Shown here in pieces: positions 1 to 8,794 of a stretch of 21,132 bases of DNA (position 1 is its first letter; each line of letters starts with the position of its first letter). The DNA comes from Octopus sinensis. Its lineage: Eukaryota. Under the pieces are notes generated by a model that worked only from the letters and a program-made list of their open reading frames with translations, had not been told where the DNA came from and searched no databases. The DNA lies in contig NW_021823832.1 in assembly GCF_006345805.1 (NCBI RefSeq), positions 1 through 21,132 of the forward strand, in the 5' to 3' direction. The position numbers and the translations under genes are program-made.

Positions 1-504
1 CCCTCTGACTATTCGTCCATGACCTTGCTGATGTGTGAGGTCAGAGAGATAGGTCTGTATTCTTGGCCTACGCTCTTGCTACCTATTTATGAATAGGGCA
101 TATTTTACCTTCCTTCAGTTTTCTTGAAGTTTGCCAGTTGCAAGGAAGCTCTGAAAGAGGAACTGCAGTGCTCTTGCTAGGACTCTCTTACATACTTTCA
201 GAAGGATTGCTGGGAATCCATCGGGGCCAGTAACTGAGTTTGTTTTCATTTCATCTATAGCCTTTACTACATTGTCTTCCTTTATATGATGTTTGTAATC
301 AATCATAGCTGCCTCTGATTATATCTGCAGTGGTAAAGAAGTCAGTTGGATTGCTGACTTGAAAGTGCTCTAGGGTGGGAGTGAAAATATCTTGAATTGC
401 TCATTTAGTATTCACTTATCCTCATTGGATTTCTGTGAGTGTGTATCCTTTCAAGGAGTGGCCCTATTCTTACAGTGCACTGTAGCTGTTTCTTTGGCAC
501 CCTA
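1..504 (-). mobile_element. CR1/L2-group LINE ORF2 fragment (pre-RT and RT N-terminal region), frameshifted, runs off the window start
   Basis: Minus-strand translation gives ...GPDGFPAILLKVCKRVLARALQFLFQ...YRPISLTSHISKVM; aligns by eye with 16010-16506 in the opposite orientation. Confidence 0.9.
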
Positions 505-525
505 TATATACATATATATATATAT

Positions 526-1300
526 TGTTGTGCAAGATTTTTATGTGAAGTATGAAGTCGTGTTGTGAAACAGATATTGTTATATTTCGGAACGGTCATT
601 TTGCCAGTGTAGCCAATAAAAACACACGCACTATAATATTTGGTGTTACTTGCTTCAGTGTTATTTATTTTTTACATTAATCTTAATCTTATATCGGCCA
701 GAGTTCTTTCGTCACACTGCTGTGACCGCATCAGTGGTACTTTTTTTTTTCTTTCTTATTTGTGTCTCTCTTATTAACCGTCAGCCAGTTTGTATTTCTA
801 TTGTATGTCTTCATTTGCGCATGCTTATATCTCTATATGCGTCTATGTTTAGTTAGTGTGTGTGTGGGGGGATGCCTGTAATATTTGTATCTTGTTTATA
901 TACGTTTGTGTAATTTGTTTTGTTGTTGCTTATTCTTATTTTGTTCATGTGTTTACATCCACTTATTATTATCATTACGTATGCTTGTATGTATGTATGT
1001 ATGTATAACAACAATACTAGTAATAATAAGAATAATAAATAAAAAAAAATCTTTTAAATTAAACAAAAAAAACTTATATAGTTATTTATTTCCATTTTTT
1101 TTTTATTTATTATCTATGTATTTTATTGATTATGTTTGTTTGTTTATATTGTAACCAGTTTAGGGATCCTCTACCATCATATGTTGTGGTGGGTGTAGTG
1201 TTCCATTCCACACATACCGAAGTGCTACTAGGTGGAAATTTGTTGATTTTATTAAATTAATATATTTCACCTTTATCTGTAATAATAATGATGATGATGA
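526..1300 (-). mobile_element. Probable Penelope-like pLTR/3' UTR fragment carrying a hammerhead motif
   Basis: Non-coding block between (TA)n arrays; hammerhead motif at 698-737 followed by AATAAA on the minus strand. The far boundary (about 1300) is uncertain. Confidence 0.45.
698..737 (-). ncRNA. Minimal type I hammerhead ribozyme motif, one core deviation (A9 to C)
   Basis: Minus strand reads CCA-CUGAUGC-G-GUCACA(GCAG)UGUGAC-GAAA-GAA-CUC-UGG: stem I CCA/UGG, perfect 6 bp stem II, GAAA, CUC cleavage triplet. Confidence 0.65.
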
Positions 1301-1302
1301 TG

Positions 1303-1873
1303 ATATATATATATATATATATAAATACACATGTATATATATATACATGTATATGTATACATATATATTATATATATATATAATATATATATATATATAC
1401 ATGTATATATTACATGTATATGTATACATATATATATATATATACATGTTATATATACATGTATATGTATACATATATATACATGTATATATATACTTTA
1501 TATATATATATACACACATGTATATGTGACATTATACATATATATATATATACACAAACATGTATATGTATACATTTATATTATATATATATATACATGT
1601 ATACCTATATATATATATATATATATATACATATATATATACATGTATATGTATACATATATATATATACATGTATATGTATACATATATATATACATAC
1701 ATGTATATGTATACATATATATACATGTATATGTAGACATATATATATATATATATATTCATGTATATCTATATATATATTCATTTATATATATATATAT
1801 ATATACATACACATGTATATGTATACTTATATATATATATAAATGCATATGTATACATATATATACATATATA
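1303..1873. repeat. Compound (TA)n microsatellite with recurring CATGTATATGTATACA unit
   Basis: Directly visible; source of the spurious Y/I/M/H-rich ORFs. Confidence 0.95.
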
Positions 1874-1874
1874 A

Positions 1875-2072
1875 AGTTAATCCAAACATAAAAACACAAA
1901 GAGAAAACACAACAACGCGAGGACGTGGAACAAATATAGTATTATTGGACGCTCTGGAAAGAAGGAAAGAAGGAGGGTTTAACGTTTCGAGTGGAGCTCT
2001 TCATCGGAAACATAGGAGAAGGAAAGATCCAGAGAAGGGAAGAGGGAGGAAAAAAATCGCCAACGGTACACA
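1875..2072 (-). mobile_element. Short Penelope-like pLTR-type module with hammerhead motif, between microsatellites
   Basis: About 200 bp of non-coding sequence bounded by (TA)n on both sides; contains the motif at 1977-2011. Confidence 0.5.
1977..2011 (-). ncRNA. Minimal type I hammerhead ribozyme motif, degenerate (U4 to C)
   Basis: Minus strand reads GUUU-CCGAUGA-A-GAG(CUCCA)CUC-GAAA-C-GUU-AAAC: stem I GUUU/AAAC, 3 bp stem II, palindromic AACGUU in place of stem III. Confidence 0.55.
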
Positions 2073-2111
2073 TTTTATATATATATATGTGTGTGTGCGT
2101 GTGTGTATATA

Positions 2112-2390
2112 TCTTTATATAAAAAAATGAAGTTGTGTGAGACTCTGTCTCCTCCGATTTAGATTCCTAACTACTCCCACATTTTGCGGTGCAGTTTAAC
2201 CAAAAGCGGGTATCTTATAGTCGTGATTCATATCGAGCCCTTCTGGGTATTAGCACGTGTCTACGATGAGCCTACGATTAAAAAAAAAAATTACCATCAT
2301 TTTTTCATTTTTAATGCATTTTTGCTCTGTTTATATAAGGGAAGTAACTCTCTAAAAATGCTTATATAGTTATTTCCCTTAGACAGTCTT
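2112..2390 (+). mobile_element. Probable non-autonomous Helitron 5' portion
   Basis: Begins A|TCTTTATATAAAA, like Helitron 5' TC termini; CpG-richer than the flanks; imperfect hairpin AAGGGAAGTAACT...AGTTATTTCCCTT at about 2337-2380. No 3' CTRR terminus found. Confidence 0.4.
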
Positions 2391-2592
2391 CAATGGCTTA
2401 AATGTCTTCATACTGTTGTTTATTAAATGAGTGTGAATTTGAAGCGTTCCCTGAAAAAAGAAGATATTGACGGTCCATTTTTATATTTAGTTTTGTAGAA
2501 CAAAACATCCAATGAATAATTAAACCAATAATTATATGACCGACATTGTAATGAAGAATTGTATTGCAAAAATCAAAAAGTAAATTGTTGTT

Positions 2593-2787
2593 GTGATACC
2601 CGTGCCAGTGGCACCCAAAAAGCACCCACTACACTCACGGAGTTGTTGGCATTAGGAAGGGCATCCAGCTGTAGAACCACTGCCAGATCAGACTGGAGCC
2701 TGGTGAAGCCTCCTGGGTTCCCAGACCCTGGTTGAACTGTCCAACCCATGCTAGCATGGAAAACGGATGTTAAACTATGATGATGAT
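2593..2787 (+). mobile_element. SINE 3' part with RTE-type tail
   Basis: GGCATTAGGAAGGGCATCCAGCTGTAGAA body, TCCAACCCATGCTAGCATGGAAAACGG tail and (GAT)n end; further copies at 2853 and 2994. Confidence 0.8.
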
Positions 2788-2852
2788 TGATACATGTATA
2801 TATACATATATGCATGTGTGTGTGTGTGTGTGTGTATATATACATATATATA

Positions 2853-2903
2853 CCGTCCAACCCATGCTAGCATGGAAAACGGACGGTAAACGATGATGAT
2901 GAT
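2853..2903 (+). mobile_element. 5'-truncated tail-only copy of the same SINE
   Basis: CCGTCCAACCCATGCTAGCATGGAAAACGGACGGTAAACGATGATGATGAT, near identical to 2737-2787. Confidence 0.8.
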
Positions 2904-2993
2904 ATACATACACACACACACATGTGTATATATACATATATATATATGTATATATATACATATATATATATATATACATAAGCATATATGTAT

Positions 2994-3360
2994 CCTCATT
3001 GCTTAACGTCCGCATTCCATGCTAGCATGGGTTGGACAGTTTGACTGAGGGCTGGCGAACCAGATGGCTGCACCAGGCTCCAGCCTTGATCTGGCAGAGT
3101 TTCTACAGCTGGATGCCCTTCCTAATGCCAACCACTCCGAGAGTATAGTGGGTGCTTTTATGTGCCACCGGCACGGGGGTCTCTCAGGTGGTACTGGAAA
3201 CGACCTCGCTCAAATCTTTTTACACATGCCACCGGCATGGAAGCCAGTTAGCCGCTCTGGCAACGATCATGCTCAGATGGTGCATTTAGCACCCTACTAG
3301 CACAGGGCACAAGTGCCAGTAAGGCAACGCTGGTAACGATCACATTTGAATGGTGCCTTT
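2994..3360 (-). mobile_element. Inverted copy of the RTE-tail SINE with internal 60-75 bp tandem units
   Basis: 2994-3177 is the reverse complement of 2597-2780; degenerate CTGGnAACGAyCwyRyTy units at about 3194, 3257 and 3330. Confidence 0.8.
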
Positions 3361-3361
3361 C

Positions 3362-3590
3362 TGTATGTATGTGTTTGTATATATGAGTGTCTGTCTGTCT
3401 ATGTTTGTATCTCCACCTTCACTTGACAACTTATGTTGCTGTGTCTATGTCACTGTAACTTAGCTGTTTTGCAAAACTGATACAATAAGTACTAGGCTTA
3501 AAAAAAATAAATCCTGGGGTAGATTTCTTCGACTAAAAGTGGTGCACCAGCATGGTCGGTCACATGACTGAAACAAGTAAAACAATAAAA
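3362..3590 (+). mobile_element. SINE 3' half with CR1/L2-type tail
   Basis: Homologous to 13210-13427; ends GGTGCACCAGCATGGTCGGTCACATGACTGAAACAAGTAAAA. Confidence 0.8.
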
Positions 3591-3713
3591 AACTATGGCA
3601 GTTTAATTCCGAGCAACGTTGGGTATCTCTGCGAGTAAGCAATATAACATATCTGCTTCTTAATTTGAAGAAGTTAATATATTTTAGCAATGACATATGT
3701 GGCATTTACATAC

Positions 3714-3879
3714 CCATTGCTGTCCAAGCAAGGCCCATTACAACTCCAGGTGGTGTCTGTTCATACATCTTATCTGTAGTGAAAAGTGGTTTGCCCACAA
3801 ATTCTTGCAGATTGTCAGGGGTTACAAGAATGTTGCTGATCCCTTCCTTCACAATTCTAAATGCAGCTTTCCGATAAAC
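3714..3879 (-). CDS. LONP1: Mitochondrial Lon protease internal exon (end of AAA+ alpha domain to start of protease domain), 166 nt
   Basis: tag|GTT acceptor and G|gtatgt donor; translates [56 protein letters not shown], with the Lon [14 protein letters not shown] signature. Confidence 0.97.
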
Positions 3880-4215
3880 CTATTGTTTTTTATAATAGAA
3901 AAGAAAAAAGAAACTATGAAAATATAAAACAGCAACAAAATACTGTACAATATACAATTATCAGTCAATATCTGTGTCTCAAAATACAGATATGAGGGAG
4001 GGAGAAGAGAGTCAAAAGGGTTGCAGCAGTTGATGGAAAAGAACCATAAAAGTTAAAGAGATTGCTTCAAAAGACAAAATTTATGAATTTGAAGAAGCAA
4101 GAATAGAAACTAACTATGCTAGAATATGGATGTTAAATGGTATAAAAATGTGGTTATTCTTGGTCTGGCTTGAGTGCCAACTTACTATCTTTAAGACAAA
4201 TTCTTGGAGCTAGTA

Positions 4216-4251
4216 ATATATATATATATATATAGACATACACACACACAC

Positions 4252-4304
<53 letters not shown>

Positions 4305-4338
4305 CATACACACACATATATATATATATATTATACAT

Positions 4339-4373
<35 letters not shown>

Positions 4374-4376
4374 CAT

Positions 4377-4407
<31 letters not shown>

Positions 4408-4413
4408 ATACAT

Positions 4414-4469
<56 letters not shown>

Positions 4470-4503
4470 CTACACACACACAAACATATATACACACACA
4501 TAT

Positions 4504-4548
<45 letters not shown>
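4216..4548. repeat. (TA)n/(CA)n compound microsatellite
   Basis: Directly visible. Confidence 0.95.
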
Positions 4549-4549
<1 letters not shown>

Positions 4550-4584
4550 TCTTTTACTTGTTTCAGTCATTTGACTGTGGCCAT
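4549..4584 (-). mobile_element. Tail-only fragment of the CR1/L2-tail SINE
   Basis: Reverse complement ATGGCCACAGTCAAATGACTGAAACAAGTAAAAGAA. Confidence 0.75.
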
Positions 4585-4909
4585 ATATATATTCTCCCAT
4601 GGCTGTGATAGATTTTGGTGGAGTAGTTGTTTTTACTGTTTGATGGTCTTTCTACCACAAACAATGCAACAGTGAAGTAGAAGTAAAAACTGTTTTATAA
4701 GTGAAACAAATTAAGGCAAATAAACTGATATGGTTATGTGGCTTGATCAGATAACTCAAGTAGATTGGATAAAAGTATTAAGTAAAATGCTATGAAAAAA
4801 TCCTTTCTTTTGCTTATGGATTAATTCTAAAAACACCAGCCATGGACACATCAGACAAGTTAATTTGCACTAAATAGAACAAGCTTATATCTTTTAGGTT
4901 ACCAAAGAG

Positions 4910-5035
4910 ACATGGCTGTGTAGTTGAGAAGTTTGCTTCCCAGCCACCAGGTTTTGGGTTTTGCCCCACAGAATGAACTTAGGGCTAGTATCTTCTATTA
5001 TATTGCCAAACTAACCAAAGCAAATCTTCGGATGG
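4910..5035 (+). mobile_element. Degenerate tRNA-derived SINE head
   Basis: A-box-like TGGCTGTGTAGT and B-box-like GGGTTTTGCCCC; the following TCTTCTATTATA...CCAAAGC resembles the start of the SINE body at 13090. Confidence 0.55.
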
Positions 5036-5750
5036 AAGTGCACTTCACAAGTGAATCCAGTTGGTTTACATCTCAATAACAAACAGTGGGAACAAACCCC
5101 AAATTACAACTTCTTAAACACACTGCCATACCTGCATACTACACACACACACACACACATCAATTTTCATTTAAAAAAAAATGTGATAACACAAATACCA
5201 TCAAGCAAATAGCAGCTTACACACTATCAAATTGTAAAATCCAGATGAATAAAAACAAACAAAAATCAAAATCTCATCTAGTCAAAAGTAAAGGCTGAGT
5301 TATTTTTATGAGAAAAATCAGCTGTTTCATTCTATGCTGCACATCACATACATTATTATAAAGAAAAGCAAAAAAAAAAAAAAAAAAGTCAATACTTTTA
5401 TTCCTAACAGGCCCAAAGGATTAAATAGTTAAATTTAGGGTTATACAAAGGAAGGTGCACAGTTACCATTTGCATTACTCTAAGTATAAGATTTGCTGGA
5501 AAAATCCTGGTTTGGAAAGTGGGGAAGAAACATCTAGGTAAATGTTCAACAGGAACCATCACCATGTTTTTGATATCTTTAGGAAGTAAAGACTTAAACA
5601 TAAACCACTGAAAATTGGCAAAAGCACCACATAGCACTATATCTCACGTTTAGCTTTTTACTGAATTTCTTCTTTCTCTTTCAGATCATCTCCTTGAATT
5701 CTAGTCATTATCTTTAATGAACAATATGAATAAGTGATAATAATACTAAC

Positions 5751-5891
5751 CTTTTCAATTTGTTTCTGTAGATTTCTCACTCCGCTTTCACGGCAATAAG
5801 ATTTAATAAGCAATCTCATAGCACTATCACCGATTTTAACAGTGTCATGGTCAACACCTGAATTAACTTGAGCTTGAGGTACAAGGTAGGA
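5751..5891 (-). CDS. LONP1: Mitochondrial Lon protease internal exon (AAA+ alpha domain with sensor-2), 141 nt, phase 0/0
   Basis: ttttcag|TCC acceptor and AAG|gttagt donor; translates SYLVPQAQVNSGVDHDTVKIGDSAMRLLIKSYCRESGVRNLQKQIEK (YCRESGVRNL motif). Confidence 0.97.
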
Positions 5892-6299
5892 CTGAAAAAT
5901 TTACAAAAATTTATACTGATCTTTTAAAAGCTGTGTTACTTAGAAAAAGGAATAAAATTTATTACAAATGATGTAAACAATAGAAGTTATAAACAATTTT
6001 GGAGTTTGAAAGGCTAAAGAAGCTTCCATATACAAGTTAATTTGCTCCTAGAGATCATTCATTAAGCAGAGCAATAATTTCCCATAATAGTAATGTTATA
6101 AATTGTAATTCATTCCCAGAAAGATATATTTTACCTATAAAATTTATAATACACATAAATAAATGGTAATAAAACAACAGTAGAATGTAAAGAATATTTT
6201 ATGTGAAGTAAAAAGAATGTCAAGATCATTTATGATAAAAAACATTATTATTATAATTGTTTTCTGAATCACTTTCACTTGCACTAGACTCACACACAC

Positions 6300-7905
6300 C
6301 ATCATTTGTAAACACAATCGCTGATTCACTAGCACTCATTGACAGACTTGTAGATTTCTTTTTGAAAACAAGTCTAGAGTTGCTTGCTTTGAAGAAGCTT
6401 TTTTTCACTCTATAAATCTCTCAGGAGTATTTGTTATGGTAGCAGAAACTTTTGTACTTTGTTCGAAATTTGGATCTTGTACTTGAAAAATTTCCAAAGC
6501 TTTACCTAAATGTGAATGCATTAACTGATGTTTCATTGAGTGTACTTTTCCTCTTCTATTGTTGCCTGCTTTTGCATTGCAATAAGCTCTTCGTTGGTGA
6601 ATTTGTCACTATTTGATTGAAGCAGCTCATCTACATCACTTGCCAACACATTGAGATTCAATTCATTTGCCAGGTTTACAATTTCTTCTGTTTCTTTTTG
6701 TACATTTTCTCATAGTGATTTAAAACCCTCAAAATCATTAAGAAATTGAAGGCAAAGTTTTTTCCAAATGCCCTTCATATTCTTTTGAGTGATATTATCC
6801 CACGCTTTTCTCATGATTTTTACTGCGGTATAAATGGGATTTTTCCAGAATTCCATTACTGTTGGTCCCCCTTCTCTATCACTTCATTCATCATTGCAAA
6901 TATGGAGTGTAAATAATGGGCTTTAAAAGTTGCAATAAATCCTGGCTGCAAAAGTGATGTCGTATTCAGAGGCAAAAAAATAACTTTGACATTAGGATGG
7001 AGATGTTGCAGAATTGGAGGGTGGCTAGGTACCTTGTCAATATTATATGAAGTGGAAGTTTGTTCTTATCACAATATTTCCTAACTTCCAACACAAAGTG
7101 ATATGAAAACCATTCTTCAAATAATGTTGCCACAACCCAAGCATTTTTATTAGATTTCCATTATGATCGGAAGGGTACTTTTTAAGATGTCTTTAAGTGC
7201 CCTAGGATTTTCCGCTTGATAAACTAGCATTGGTTTTCATTTTAAATCCCCAGATGCATTTCCTTCAAATAACACTGTCAGTTGATCTTTTGCAACTTTA
7301 AAGTTGCAAAAGATCAACCAAGCAGCACAGACTCTTCCTTAGCAATGTAAATTCTGGATGGCATATGTTTCCAGAAAAGTCTTGTTTCATTGACATTAAA
7401 AATCAGTTTTGACATGTAGCCCCCTTCTTCAATTATTTCTGCTAATGTTTCTGAAAATTTTTCTGCTGCATCAACATCAGTGCTTGAAACTTTTCCTTGC
7501 ACTTTGACAGAATGCCATCCATGTCGATTTTAAAATTAATCAAACCATCTTCTGTTTGAAACAAAAATTTTGTTTGTGTTACCTTTCATTTCTTTAAGCA
7601 GACTGGAAATAGACAATGCTTGCTACAAATTGACATTTGATTAACATTCATATACAAGCACTGTGTTTTATCACTTATCCATGTATTTAAAAGTTTTTCC
7701 ATTTCTGGAATAATGCTTCCAACATCTCATTTATGAGCCCAGGTTGACTGCAAAGGCTGTGCATTTCTCACTTGAGATAGATATTTTTGTTTTTCTTTGA
7801 AAATTGTGCAAATAGTTGACGAGTTAAGTGAAAATTTGTTACAAATGTTTATCCTAGTTGTACAGCCATCGTGCATTTTTACAATTTCATATTTTATTTC
7901 CTTAC
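6300..7905 (-). mobile_element. Decayed Tigger/pogo transposase (HTH-psq, CENP-B HTH, DDE_1), many stops and frameshifts
   Basis: Fragments KYEIVKMH...LNSSTICTIFKEK, IIEEGGYMSKLIFNVNETRLFWKHMPSRIYIAKEE, FKVAKDQLTVLFEGNASGDLK, YQAENPRALK, FLPLNTTSLLQP and C-terminal KQATLDLFFKK. TIRs not identified. Confidence 0.9.
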
Positions 7906-8064
7906 ATTAAGCACTGAAACCTGTGTGATTTTAATGAAAAATGTAAATTAAACATAGTAAGACAATTTGTTAGCACACTACCAATTTTATCAATCCTCCT
8001 GATATAAATTAATATAAACAATACCACTTACTAATACTACCATCATCACAATAAACTGTTGACT

Positions 8065-8645
8065 CATTGAGCATAAAAGGCACCCGAATTTACCAGCCTG
8101 TCATTTGTTTCCCGAACGCAGCAAGCATGCCAAGACTGATATGAAATAAGAGGGAGCAAGCCATCGGATGTCTCTATGCTGGTCAACATCCATGGGTCAT
8201 TGCTAATGACTTGAACTGCAGTATTTGGACAACTAAGTGGCTGAGGGAATGATACAATTCCACAAACAGCATGGATGATCGTCCATGCAGTTGCTGACTG
8301 AGGATTATAATGGCACATCAAGATTGCCACCTGCACTGACAGCACTTGCAGGTCCAATTCTGGAGGGCAAAGAAATCAGCTAGGTAGATCATAGGGACTC
8401 ACCACAGACCTATTTGTACAGAGACAGTTCATAACTGGCTGAGATATTTCAATCTACCTTGTCGATGTCCAGCTAGGAACCCCATCCTCACAGATTGTCA
8501 TCAACGGACATGTCTGCAGTGGGCTCATAAACGTCAGAACTGGTGATATCAGCAGTGGAGGACAGTAGTCTTCTCTGACAAAAGTTGATATTGCATTTCT
8601 GTGGCAGATGGTAGAGCTAGGGTTTGGAGAAGAAGGGGTGAATGG
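8065..8645 (+). mobile_element. Decayed Tc1-family transposase, N-terminal half (paired-like HTH to first catalytic Asp)
   Basis: ATG at 8127: MPRL...QAIGCLYAG...DDRPCSC*LR...ETVHNWLR...PILTDCHQRTCLQWAHKRQNW*YQQWRTVVFSDKS*YCISVADGRARVWRRRGE, matching the Tc1 WxxVxFSDES...DGRxRVWRR pattern. Confidence 0.85.
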
Positions 8646-8683
8646 CTATGAGGTGGAGAGAGGCTTTTGGGGAGAACAGAGTA
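8509..8683 (+). repeat. Left arm of long inverted repeat
   Basis: Reverse complement of 10828-11013 with about 4 substitutions and one 11 nt indel (counted by eye). Confidence 0.92.
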
Positions 8684-8794
8684 ATTCTTTACTCTAAGTC
8701 GAAAAAGTCGCAGAGACTGAAACCAGTACTAAAATGTTTTCCATGATAAAATTATTTTAGCATTTTCTACCTTGTCGTATTTTCCTTATATATA

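Noticed and set aside
1150-1290. Candidate next LONP1 exon (expected GSTLFVET-like)
   Set aside because: I found no Lon-like translation; the flanking exons appear to lie outside the window.
1160-1891. Long Y/I/M/H/C/V-rich ORFs here and at 4191-4608, 13656-14894 and 15717-16185
   Set aside because: Translations of stop-free microsatellites.
4910-4985. tRNA gene
   Set aside because: Degenerate boxes, no cloverleaf, and it continues into SINE body sequence.
5404-5690. 77 aa minus-strand ORF and a plus-strand polypyrimidine-CAG at about 5665-5684
   Set aside because: No recognisable protein; adjacent LONP1 exons already join without a gap, and there is no evidence for a plus-strand gene.
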